Origin: a bacterium
GTDB taxonomy: Bacteria > Acidobacteriota > Blastocatellia > HR10
Assembly (NCBI GenBank): GCA_041640655.1
Contig: JBEPZV010000027.1
Span: forward strand, 1-34,947
Direction: 5' to 3'
Length of the DNA stretch: 34,947 nucleotides
In this document: piece after piece, positions 1 through 8,284 of the stretch
Layout: every line of letters begins with the position of its first letter
Position numbering within the stretch: position 1 is the stretch's first letter
The notes under the pieces: model-generated
The model's database searches: none
What the model was told of the DNA's origin: nothing
The model's input: only the letters and a program-made list of their open reading frames with translations
Made by a program: the position numbers and the translations under genes

Positions 1-2
1 TC

Positions 3-293
3 AACTGGCGCGTGGAGCTGGAGCCCGACGTCATTCCGGCGCTGGAGATCAATCGCGAGGCCGAGGTGCGGCTGCGCATCCTTCCCCCTCCGGATGTGCC
101 CGTCGGAGAATACGAGGTGCGGATTCGAGCGGAGAGCTCGGCCTACGGACGGCGCGTGCAGGCTGAGGACAAGATCTACCGGGTGAGTGTGAAAGCGCGC
201 ACCGAGCTGTGGACGACGGCCGTGCTGATCGGCGGCCTGCTCGCGCTGGTCATTGGGATCGTCATCTTCGGTGTTCGACTCACGCGACGATGA
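3..293 (+). CDS. C-terminal part of a membrane-anchored Ig-like (NEW3-like) protein associated with an ABC transporter; 5'-truncated by the window edge
   Basis: Frame is open from base 3. Beta-strand pattern 'VRLRILPPPDVPVGEYEVRIRAES' is followed by a C-terminal TM helix and a basic tail (RLTRR). Lies directly upstream of an ABC ATPase. Confidence 0.6.
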   Translation, partial: NWRVELEPDVIPALEINREAEVRLRILPPPDVPVGEYEVRIRAESSAYGRRVQAEDKIYRVSVKARTELWTTAVLIGGLLALVIGIVIFGVRLTRR

Positions 294-310
294 GATCGGG
301 AGAAAGGGCG

Positions 311-1048
311 ATGATCGAGGCCATCAATTTGACCAAGCGGTATGAGGATGGGACGTTGGCCCTGGACGGGCTCACGTTGAAGGTCAATCCGGGGGAGATC
401 TATTGCCTGCTCGGGGAGAACGGGGCGGGAAAGACGACGACGATCAACCTCTTTCTGAACTTCATCGAGCCGACGGCCGGTCGGGCGCTCATCAATGGCA
501 TTGATGTGACGCGCGATCCTCTGGAGGCGAAGAAGTACGTCGCCTACTTGCCGGAGAACGTCATGCTCTATGGGAACTTCACGGCGCGGCAGAACCTGGA
601 CTTCTTCGCGAAGCTGGGGGGGCGGCGCGACCTCCGCCGGGAGGACTACTATCGCGTCATGCGCGAGATCGGGCTGCCGGAGAAGGCGTTCGAGCAGAAG
701 GTGAAGGAATTCTCCAAGGGGATGCGGCAGAAGCTCGGTCTGGCCATCTGCATGATCAAGCAGGCGCCGGCGATGCTCCTGGATGAGCCGACGGCGGGAT
801 TGGATCCGGCCTCGGCGGCCGAACTGCTGCACCTGCTCCGGCGGTTGCGGGAAGAGGGGCGGGCGATTCTCATGTCCACGCACGACATCTTCCGGACGAA
901 AGAGATTGCGGATCGAGTGGGCATTCTCAAGCAGGGTCGGTTGGTCGTGGAACTGACCGCGCGCGAATTGGCGCACGAGAACTTGGAGCGGCTGTATCTG
1001 GAATACGTCGCCGGAACCGCTCTTCCCCAAGCGGGAGACGCCGCGTAG
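311..1048 (+). CDS. ABC transporter ATP-binding protein (ABC-2/exporter type)
   Basis: Walker A GENGAGKT, signature FSKGMRQK, Walker B LLDEP, H-loop STHD. ATG at 311 follows GAAAGGG. Confidence 0.93.
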   Translation: MIEAINLTKRYEDGTLALDGLTLKVNPGEIYCLLGENGAGKTTTINLFLNFIEPTAGRALINGIDVTRDPLEAKKYVAYLPENVMLYGNFTARQNLDFFAKLGGRRDLRREDYYRVMREIGLPEKAFEQKVKEFSKGMRQKLGLAICMIKQAPAMLLDEPTAGLDPASAAELLHLLRRLREEGRAILMSTHDIFRTKEIADRVGILKQGRLVVELTARELAHENLERLYLEYVAGTALPQAGDAA

Positions 1049-1266
1049 CCTCGGGACGGTTTGAAAAGGCGCTCGCGTCTCGCCTCGAATGATGACATCG
1101 CCCGTCGTCGGCGGGAGCACCGATCGGCATGCGCGCGAGGACCCGGAGCGATCGTATCTCGACCCCATGATGGTGGGCGTTGAAGCGTGAGCGCCGGCTT
1201 CGCGTGTCCGGCGGGCTCCCCCCCCGAGAGTGCCACATTGCGGAAGCGGATCGCTCTCCTCCCTCG

Positions 1267-1294
1267 TTGCACTCGCACGAAGGGGGCATATAAT
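1267..1294 (+). promoter_or_regulatory. Candidate sigma70 promoter for the ECF sigma gene
   Basis: TTGCAC-16 nt-TATAAT, about 70 nt upstream of ATG 1364. Confidence 0.5.
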
Positions 1295-1363
1295 GTCTCT
1301 CGATCGGGAGCAGCTCAACACGAGTGGGGAGTCCGTGTTGAGCGCGGCTTTGGGAAGGGAGCG

Positions 1364-1936
1364 ATGATGCGCTTCGAACGCGCCAGCGATGCGGAATTGG
1401 TACGCGCGTGCATACGGGGCGAGGCGGCGGCGTGGGAAGCGCTGATCACTCGCTACGAGCGCCTCATCTACTCGATCTCGCGCACCCAGCATCTGACGGC
1501 CGACGAGGCGGATGAGGTCTTTCAACAGGTGTGTTTCCTCTTGCTCACGCGCTTGGAGACGCTCAAGGACCATTCTCGGCTGAGCGCCTGGGTGATCACG
1601 ACGACTTTGCGCGAATGTTGGAAGCTTCGGCGGCGCGTCCGCGAACGCGAGGATGAGGCGGATCCTGATTCGCTCGTGCACATTCCCGATCCGCAACCGC
1701 TGCCGGATGAAGTGATCGAGCGGCTCGAGCGGCAGCACCTGATCCGTCAGGGATTGAAGGAACTCCCCGAGCGATGTCGTCGGCTCCTCGTGCTGCTCTT
1801 CTATGAGAAGCGATCCTACGAGGAGATCTCCCGCGAGTTGGGGCTGCCTCCATCCAGCATCGGACCGGTTCGGGCTCGGTGTTTGAAGCGGTTGAAGAAG
1901 GTGCTCGAGCGGTTTGGCCTGTTCGCCGATCGGTGA
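1364..1936 (+). CDS. ECF-family RNA polymerase sigma factor (sigma 1)
   Basis: Region 2 'SDAELVRAC..AWEALITRYERLIY..DEVFQQV' and region 4 'LPERCRRLLVLLFYEKRSYEEISRELGLPPSSIGPVRARCL'. RBS GGAAGGGAG. Confidence 0.92.
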   Translation: MMRFERASDAELVRACIRGEAAAWEALITRYERLIYSISRTQHLTADEADEVFQQVCFLLLTRLETLKDHSRLSAWVITTTLRECWKLRRRVREREDEADPDSLVHIPDPQPLPDEVIERLERQHLIRQGLKELPERCRRLLVLLFYEKRSYEEISRELGLPPSSIGPVRARCLKRLKKVLERFGLFADR

Positions 1937-1970
1937 GGATACCGATCGGCCGGCGCGATTTTTCGCCGGA

Positions 1971-1998
1971 TGTATTTTTTCGTGGCCCGGGAATCTCT
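1971..1998 (+). promoter_or_regulatory. Candidate ECF-dependent promoter (TGTATTTTTT...CTCT), copy 1
   Basis: The same motif occurs at 7340-7366. Both copies are intergenic and upstream of genes of this cluster. Confidence 0.4.
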
Positions 1999-2018
1999 GT
2001 AAGTGTGGGGGGACGAGG

Positions 2019-2639
2019 ATGCGCTGCGGGGATTACGGACGTTTGATCGCATGGGTCTGTGGTGAAGTCTCCGAGGCCGAGCGGGCGCGCATTGAGGCGC
2101 ATCTTGAGGAGTGTGCGGCCTGTCGGCGCGAGGCGGGCGAGCTTGAGACCCTGATCCATTTGATGCGGACCGATGAGAGCATCGAGGCGCCTCCCGAAGT
2201 TCGGGCGGCGGTCCTGCGGCTGTTCGAGGCGAGTCGGGGGGCGACGGCTTCCGGGATACGGCGGTGGATCGCCTCTCTGGTGCGCGATACCTGGGCGAGG
2301 CCGGCGGTGGCGGGAGTGCGCGGTCAAGGGGAGGCGGCGCGCCAGATGCTCTATCGAGGTGGAGGCTATGAGATCGCTCTGGCTCTGGAGCCGATCGCAG
2401 GGAGGCGGGTTCGCCTGATCGGACAGATTCTTCCCCTTTCGGATCGGCCGGAAGAAGTCGCCGGACGCGAAGTCTCCCTGCGGCGGGGGCGGGAGCCGAT
2501 CGCGCGCGGGAGGACGAATCATCTGGGGGAATTCGAGTTCGCGGCGATCCCCGAAGGGATCTACCAGTGGGAGATTCGCCTTGAGGGAGAAGAGGTGTGG
2601 ATCCCACAACTCGATGTTCGGGCCAGAGCGCGCCACTAG
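2019..2639 (+). CDS. Soluble zf-HC2 (ZAS) anti-sigma factor with C-terminal beta-sandwich (carboxypeptidase-regulatory-like) domain
   Basis: HxxxCxxC motif HLEECAAC near the N-terminus; directly downstream of the ECF sigma; no TM helix visible; C-terminal 'TNHLGEFEFAAIPEGIYQWEI' pattern. Confidence 0.85.
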   Translation: MRCGDYGRLIAWVCGEVSEAERARIEAHLEECAACRREAGELETLIHLMRTDESIEAPPEVRAAVLRLFEASRGATASGIRRWIASLVRDTWARPAVAGVRGQGEAARQMLYRGGGYEIALALEPIAGRRVRLIGQILPLSDRPEEVAGREVSLRRGREPIARGRTNHLGEFEFAAIPEGIYQWEIRLEGEEVWIPQLDVRARARH

Positions 2640-5517
2640 TTCGGCCCGGGCGCGCGCGGCGTTCGTGGAGCAACTGATCGAGTGCGCGACTCTGGAGAAG
2701 GCGCGGCGGATGCTTCGGAAAGCGCGCCAGGTCGTGGACCTCTCTCTGTGCGAGGCTCTGAGGGCGCGGGTTGCGCGCGAGGTGCGGACCGATGTGAAGC
2801 GGGCTCAAAAGCTCGCGGCGCTCTGTCAGCTCGTGGCCCGGCGCGTGCGCGATCCGCGGGCCCGGGCTGTGGCGGCGCATGCGCGAGCGATGGTGCTCGA
2901 TAGTGCGGGGGATTACCGCCGTGCGCTTCCGCTCTATGAGCAGGCTGAACGCCTCTACGAGCAGGTGGGGGCTTCGCTGGAGGCCGCGCGCATCCGACGC
3001 GCGAAGATGGGCGCGCTCATGTATCTGGGACGCTATGCGCAAGCGCTCTCTGCGGCGCGCGCGGCGTACGTCGTGTTCGCGGCGCATCGGCAGCGCCGAT
3101 TGAGGGCTGAGGTGCTCGCGAATCTCGGGGCGATCTATCATCATCTAGATCGGTATCCGGAAGCCCTCGCCTGTCTTCGCGAGGCGCGGCGGAGGTTGAG
3201 CTGGCACCGGGACGGTGTGGCGCGCGCGCATGTGGAGTTGAATCTGGCGATCGTTCACGTCTGTCTAGGGCACGTCGAAGCGGCACGGCGAGGGTTCGAG
3301 CAGGCGCGCGCGCAGTATGAGCGGTTGGGCCTCTCGCTGATGGTCGTGCAGGCGGAATACAATCGCGCGTCGCTGGAGCTGGAGTTGGGGAATCTGTATG
3401 ATGCCCTGCGCTTGTTCCTGCGCGCGAAGACGGCGGCTCGGGCTCTGGGCGAGCGCACGATCCCCTCCCTCTGCGATCTGGATCTGGCCGAGGTTTACCT
3501 CCACCTGAACGCCTTCGCGGAAGCGGTGGCGTCGGCCGAGTCGGCCCTGGAGGCCTTTGAAGCGGCAGGGATGCCGGCCGAGCGGGCGCGCGCGCGTCTG
3601 CTGCGGGGGCTGGGACGCTTGCACATGAAGCAATGGGATCGGGCTCGGGAGGATCTGAAGCGGGCGCGCGAGGAATTCTCGACATTGGGGAATGAGGTCG
3701 CCGCCGCTTTGGCCGATTTCTATCTGGCCGAGCTCTTCCGGCAACAGGGGAGGTGGCGCCAGAGCGAGCGGCTGGCCGAGCGTGCTTATGCCGTCTTCCA
3801 TCGGCACCGCCTGGGGGTGAAGGCGGCAGCCGTTCTGCTGCATCTGGCTCTTCTGAAGAGAGCGCGCGGCAGCGAGGTCGAAGCTCGACGTCTGGCCGCT
3901 CATGCGCGTCGCCTATTGCGACACCGCTCGGCACCTTGGGTGCTGTGGCGCGCGCATGCTCTCTGCGGGCAGCTCGCTGAAGCGCAGGGGCATCGCCGAC
4001 GCGCCATGGGACATTATCGCGAAGCCCTGCGCGCGATCGAACACTGCTGCGCTCACCTTCCCGTGGATGAGATGAAGGCCACATTCCTGTCGGACAAGCT
4101 CGCCGTGTATCAAGCCCTTGCGCGGATGTTCGCGGAGGAAGGGAACGAGGAGGCGGCTCTCACTTACACCGAAGCGGCCAAAGCGCGTGTGCTCCGCGAG
4201 TCTTTTCAGGCGGCGACTCTTGCGTCGGAGACCGATCGCTCACAGCTCTCTCCTCATGGAGGGGGACGCTCGTCACGGATTCTAGCTCGGTGGCGACGTC
4301 TCCGCCAAGAGCTGGACGCCGCCTATACGCATCTGGACCGCTTGCGCTCGTATGGGCAGGTCCGTCACGCACGAATCGCCGCTCTTCAACGAAGCATCCG
4401 AAAACGGGAAGCCGAACTGCAGCAGCTCCTTCCTCACCTCCGGTGGGCGGAGGCGGCTCGGGAAGTATCGCCGCCAGAGCACCCGATCGAGCTATCCCGG
4501 CTTCGGGCCGCACTCGCTCTCGACGAGGTCGTGATCGAGTATATCTGGCTCGATGGTGCGGTGAGCGCCTTTCTCCTGGAGCGCGAGCGGCTTCGGCTCA
4601 TGGGGCCGTTGACGACCTCGGAACGGCTGGAACCGTTGCTCGCTCGGCTGCGCTTTCATGTGAACCATCGCGTGCTGGACGACACCTATATCCGTCGCCA
4701 TGCGCGGACGCTCGAGCGGGCCCTTCGGGAGACATTGAGAGCTCTCTACGACGAGCTGCTGGCGCCGCTTCGAGCGGAGATCCTCGCGAAGCGCCTCATC
4801 ATCGTGCCCGCGGGGGCCTTGCATTACGTTCCTTTTCACGCGCTCTTCGATGGAACGGCGTACATGGTGGAGGATCACGAAGTCACCTACAGTCCGAGCG
4901 CGATGCTCTTCCGACTTTGCCGGGAGCGGGCGTCGCAGCAGGGGGGCATTTCCGGAGAAGGAGCGCTCCTTGTGGGCGTTCCGGATGAGCAGACTCCGCA
5001 TATCGAGGAAGAGGTTCGGCGGCTCGGACGACTCATCGCGGATGCGCGTCTGCTCCTGAGAGAGGCGGCAACCAGCGCGCGGTTTCTCGAAGAGGCCCCA
5101 CATGCCCGCCTCCTGCATGTGGCGGCTCATGCCGTCTTTCGCGCGGATAATCCTCTTTTCTCCGCAGTGCGCCTGTACAACTCGTGGCTGACCTTTTATG
5201 ACCTCTGGCAGCGTCGCTTCCGCGCGGAGTTGGTCGTCCTGAGCGGCTGTCAGACGGGGCTGACGAGCCTCTCTCCGGGCGACGAGATGATGGGACTTCT
5301 GCGCGGTTTCCTCGCCGCCGGTGTTCCCTCTCTGGTGTTGAGCCTCTGGGCCGCACATGATGCTCCGACCACGGAGTTCATGGAGGTGTTCTATCGCCAG
5401 CTCTCCGATGGGCGCTCGAAGCGAGAGGCGATCGCTCGAGCTTACCGCGAGATGAAGGAGCGATATGCCGATCCCTATTTTTGGGCTCCCTTCTTTCTGA
5501 TGGGGAGTCCCGAGTGA
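2614..5517 (+). CDS. TPR-repeat CHAT-domain (caspase/HetF-like) protease, probably cytoplasmic; start uncertain (2581 TTG or 2614 ATG)
   Basis: Degenerate TPRs in the N-terminal half. CHAT motifs IIVPAGALHYVPFHAL, LHVAAH (His), VVLSGCQTG (Cys), LSLW and PYFWAPF. Confidence 0.92.
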   Translation: MFGPERATSSARARAAFVEQLIECATLEKARRMLRKARQVVDLSLCEALRARVAREVRTDVKRAQKLAALCQLVARRVRDPRARAVAAHARAMVLDSAGDYRRALPLYEQAERLYEQVGASLEAARIRRAKMGALMYLGRYAQALSAARAAYVVFAAHRQRRLRAEVLANLGAIYHHLDRYPEALACLREARRRLSWHRDGVARAHVELNLAIVHVCLGHVEAARRGFEQARAQYERLGLSLMVVQAEYNRASLELELGNLYDALRLFLRAKTAARALGERTIPSLCDLDLAEVYLHLNAFAEAVASAESALEAFEAAGMPAERARARLLRGLGRLHMKQWDRAREDLKRAREEFSTLGNEVAAALADFYLAELFRQQGRWRQSERLAERAYAVFHRHRLGVKAAAVLLHLALLKRARGSEVEARRLAAHARRLLRHRSAPWVLWRAHALCGQLAEAQGHRRRAMGHYREALRAIEHCCAHLPVDEMKATFLSDKLAVYQALARMFAEEGNEEAALTYTEAAKARVLRESFQAATLASETDRSQLSPHGGGRSSRILARWRRLRQELDAAYTHLDRLRSYGQVRHARIAALQRSIRKREAELQQLLPHLRWAEAAREVSPPEHPIELSRLRAALALDEVVIEYIWLDGAVSAFLLERERLRLMGPLTTSERLEPLLARLRFHVNHRVLDDTYIRRHARTLERALRETLRALYDELLAPLRAEILAKRLIIVPAGALHYVPFHALFDGTAYMVEDHEVTYSPSAMLFRLCRERASQQGGISGEGALLVGVPDEQTPHIEEEVRRLGRLIADARLLLREAATSARFLEEAPHARLLHVAAHAVFRADNPLFSAVRLYNSWLTFYDLWQRRFRAELVVLSGCQTGLTSLSPGDEMMGLLRGFLAAGVPSLVLSLWAAHDAPTTEFMEVFYRQLSDGRSKREAIARAYREMKERYADPYFWAPFFLMGSPE

Positions 5518-5529
5518 GGAGAAGGTGCG

Positions 5530-7326
5530 ATGAGGAAGATCGTCTCCAGCGTGTTGGTGGTAGTCGGGGTGCTCTTCGGTCGCTTGGGGAGTCTCCCATC
5601 CTGGTCCGAATCGGGTGTCCTCTGTTCTCACCTCGAAGGCCGTAACATTGCGGCTGAGGACGATGATCGGCAGGAGGCGGAACGGAAGATCCAACGCGCG
5701 CAAGCGGCCATAGCGCGTGCGCAGGCGGCCATCGAACGAGCGCGTCAGGCGGGAGCCGATGTCCGAGCCGCCGAAGCCAAACTCGAGCAAGCGCAAGCGA
5801 AATTGGCCGCCGCGCGCGCGGCGTTCGAGGCCGGTCACTACGAGAAGGCGGCCGAAGAGGCCGAAGAAGCCGAGGAGTTGGCCAAAGAGGCTGAAGAGCT
5901 GGCTAAGGACGCCGAAGAAGATCTCTCGGATCGGCATCGTGCCGTCGAGGCGCTTCAGGAAGCCGAACAGGCTATAGCGCGCGCGCAGGCGGCCATCGAA
6001 CGAGCGCGTCAGGCGGGAGTCGATGTCCGAGCCGCCGAAGCCAAACTCGAGCAAGCGCAAGCGAAATTGGCCGCCGCGCGCGCGGCGTTCGACCAAAGCG
6101 AGTTTCAGCGCGCCCGAGAATTGGCCCGAGAAGCCGAAGAGCTGGCCGAAGAGGCTCGGGAGCTGGCCGAGGGGGAGGATTCTCGGGACTCGGTCGAAGA
6201 TGAAGTCGTCTTCGAAGCGACCACTCCCGCTCAGGTCCAGACCATCGCCGCTCGACATGGTCTCACCGTCCTCGAACGGATCGAGGGAACGGGGATCGCG
6301 CGCGCTCGGATCCCTCAGGGGGCGAACGTCGGACAAATTCTCGCATCTTTGAGGACGGATCCCGATGTCGTTCAGAGCGAGCCGAATTTCCTGCTGCAGA
6401 TGCCGGAGGTGGCGCAAAAGACGGTCATCTTCATTGATCAGAAGACGGTGATCTTCATTGATGGCTCTTCTCCGGCGGCCTATTTCGATCAATCGGCCGG
6501 AGCGCGCATCGGACTCGCCGCTGCCCATCGGATCGCGCGGGGAGCCGGCGTGACCGTCGCCATCATTGACACGGGCGTGGATCGCACGCATCCGGCCCTT
6601 CGGAATCGGCTCGCCCCGGGCATGTTCGATTTCATCGAGGGGGATGCCGATCCCTCAGAAGCGGCGGGAGGCCCGGGCTTCGGACATGGGACGTTCGTGG
6701 CCGGGATCGTCGCCCTCGTGGCTCCGGAGGCGAAGATTCTGCCTCTGCGCGCCTTCACGGCCGAAGGCGTGAGCACGAGCTTCACCGTCGCGCGCGCTAT
6801 CCGCTACGCCCTCGCGCAAGGAGCACAGGTCCTCAATTTGAGCTTCGGCATGTTGGGATTCTCGCGCCTCATTGACAGCGCATTGGAAGAAGCGCGGACG
6901 CGTGGGGTGATCGCCGTCGCCTCGGCGGGCAACGATGGACAGGAGGTGCCCCACTATCCCGCGAGTGACGAGTCTGTGCTCGCCGTAGCGGCGACGGATG
7001 CGGCCGATCGCAAGGCGAACTTCTCCAATTACGGGCGTCATGTGGATCTCTCGGCCCCGGGTGTGGGCGTCTACAGCGCCTATCCCGGTGCGCTCTTCGG
7101 CTGGGCGAGCGGAACATCCTTCGCCGCGGCTTTTGTGAGCGGAAGCGCGGCCCTCGTCCTCTCCGCTCTGCCCGCTTCGGTGCGCGCGCGCAGCCGAAGT
7201 CAGGTCATTCGAATCTTGCAGGATTCAGCCAGCGATATTCGAGGGGTGAATCCGCGCCCCTACTGGGGGAAGCTCGGAAGCGGAAGGCTCCACGTGGGGA
7301 ATGCCCTCGCCCTCCTGGCACGATGA
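5530..7326 (+). CDS. S8 (subtilisin-like) serine peptidase with N-terminal hydrophobic segment, duplicated helical domain and propeptide
   Basis: Catalytic triad motifs IIDTGVD, GHGTFVAG and SGTSFAA; oxyanion SAGND; RBS GAGGAGAAGG. Confidence 0.93.
   Translation: MRKIVSSVLVVVGVLFGRLGSLPSWSESGVLCSHLEGRNIAAEDDDRQEAERKIQRAQAAIARAQAAIERARQAGADVRAAEAKLEQAQAKLAAARAAFEAGHYEKAAEEAEEAEELAKEAEELAKDAEEDLSDRHRAVEALQEAEQAIARAQAAIERARQAGVDVRAAEAKLEQAQAKLAAARAAFDQSEFQRARELAREAEELAEEARELAEGEDSRDSVEDEVVFEATTPAQVQTIAARHGLTVLERIEGTGIARARIPQGANVGQILASLRTDPDVVQSEPNFLLQMPEVAQKTVIFIDQKTVIFIDGSSPAAYFDQSAGARIGLAAAHRIARGAGVTVAIIDTGVDRTHPALRNRLAPGMFDFIEGDADPSEAAGGPGFGHGTFVAGIVALVAPEAKILPLRAFTAEGVSTSFTVARAIRYALAQGAQVLNLSFGMLGFSRLIDSALEEARTRGVIAVASAGNDGQEVPHYPASDESVLAVAATDAADRKANFSNYGRHVDLSAPGVGVYSAYPGALFGWASGTSFAAAFVSGSAALVLSALPASVRARSRSQVIRILQDSASDIRGVNPRPYWGKLGSGRLHVGNALALLAR
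5710..6092 (+). repeat. Near-identical direct repeat of about 119 bp (5710-5828 / 5974-6092, 264-bp period) inside the S8 gene
   Basis: Both copies encode IARAQAAIERARQAG(A/V)DVRAAEAKLEQAQAKLAAARAAF. Confidence 0.9.
6415..6462 (+). repeat. 24-bp tandem duplication encoding QKTVIFID x2 at the S8 propeptide/catalytic junction
   Basis: caaaagacggtcatcttcattgat / cagaagacggtgatcttcattgat, with two synonymous differences. Confidence 0.9.
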
Positions 7327-7339
7327 CCCTTCGGGGCGC

Positions 7340-7366
7340 TGTATTTTTTGGCAGCGTCGGCGCTCT
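7340..7366 (+). promoter_or_regulatory. Candidate ECF-dependent promoter (TGTATTTTTT...CTCT), copy 2
   Basis: Matches 1971-1998; lies upstream of ATG 7408. Confidence 0.4.
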
Positions 7367-7407
7367 ATTCCCTGTGGAAGGAGAAATCTCGTGCGATGGA
7401 GGGAGAG

Positions 7408-8232
7408 ATGATGAACAAGAAACTTGTGGTGATCGGCTTAGGATTGTTCGTAGCAACCGCATGGCCGGCCTCCTCGGCCTCCAAGCGCTCCCCATCCGTG
7501 CCCAATGGGGCCGATTTCGAGGCGGGGCTCGTTCGATGCGCGGATGTGATGGTGCCCAGCTCGCTTGCAAACTGCGGGACTGATCCTCTGGTGCGAGGGG
7601 AAGCGGAGATCAAGAAACAAGGGGACATCGAGATCGCCGTTGTGGGAGCTGCGCCCGCGTCCACATATGATGTGGTCTATCGTTCCCTCGATGCTTCGAC
7701 CGAACTCCCTTTGGGGACGCTGACAACAGATAATTCGGGCGATGGCGTGCTCAGGCGGCGGGGATTTTTCCCGGTCGGCACGACGGGAGCCGGCACGATC
7801 GTTTTGAAACGAGACGGGCAGGATCAGTTCCTCAGTGGATTCGATGCTTCCAATGCTGAAGAGGAAAAGTTCGAAGCCGGTCTGGTCCGATGCTCAGAGG
7901 TCACACAGCCCGCCTTGCTTACCTCCTGTGGGACGGATCGGCTCCTTGTGGGAAAGGCCGAGATCGAAGAAGATGGGGAGGTTGAAGTGGCTGTCGTCCG
8001 GGCCGAGCCCAATCAAACATACGACGTCTTCTACCGATCTCCGGACGGCTCGACCCAAGTGTCGTTGGGCTTCCTTGCGACGAATCGGGCCGGAAACGGA
8101 AGGTTGAAGCTTCCGAACTTCTTCCTCTCGGAGATCGGCTCTGGAAACATTGTTCTGCGGCGAAACGGTCAAGATCAATTCGCGACGGGGTTCAAGGTGA
8201 ACCAAGGAGGCAATGGGCGCAGACGCAGATGA
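7408..8232 (+). CDS. Secreted hypothetical protein with two tandem Cys-containing beta-rich domains
   Basis: Signal peptide MMNKKLVVIGLGLFVATAWPASS. Internal repeat FEAGLVRC...CGTD...TYDVxYRS...GQDQFxxGF occurs twice. Confidence 0.8.
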   Translation: MMNKKLVVIGLGLFVATAWPASSASKRSPSVPNGADFEAGLVRCADVMVPSSLANCGTDPLVRGEAEIKKQGDIEIAVVGAAPASTYDVVYRSLDASTELPLGTLTTDNSGDGVLRRRGFFPVGTTGAGTIVLKRDGQDQFLSGFDASNAEEEKFEAGLVRCSEVTQPALLTSCGTDRLLVGKAEIEEDGEVEVAVVRAEPNQTYDVFYRSPDGSTQVSLGFLATNRAGNGRLKLPNFFLSEIGSGNIVLRRNGQDQFATGFKVNQGGNGRRRR

Positions 8233-8257
8233 TTCGCCCTTCGGTTCGACTGGAAAG

Positions 8258-8284
8258 AGGGGCTTCACCCGAAGCCCCTTTTTT
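8258..8284 (+). terminator. Intrinsic terminator, possibly bidirectional
   Basis: Stem AGGGGCTTC-accc-GAAGCCCCT followed by a T run, between convergent genes. Confidence 0.8.

Noticed and set aside
1049..1260. Possible IS end or small ORF between the ABC ATPase and sigma 1
   Set aside because: No partner inverted repeat or recognisable coding signal
176..6591. Long antisense ORFs (176-1738, 1816-3144, 4492-6591)
   Set aside because: They lie opposite well-supported genes and have no recognisable motifs; expected at this GC content.
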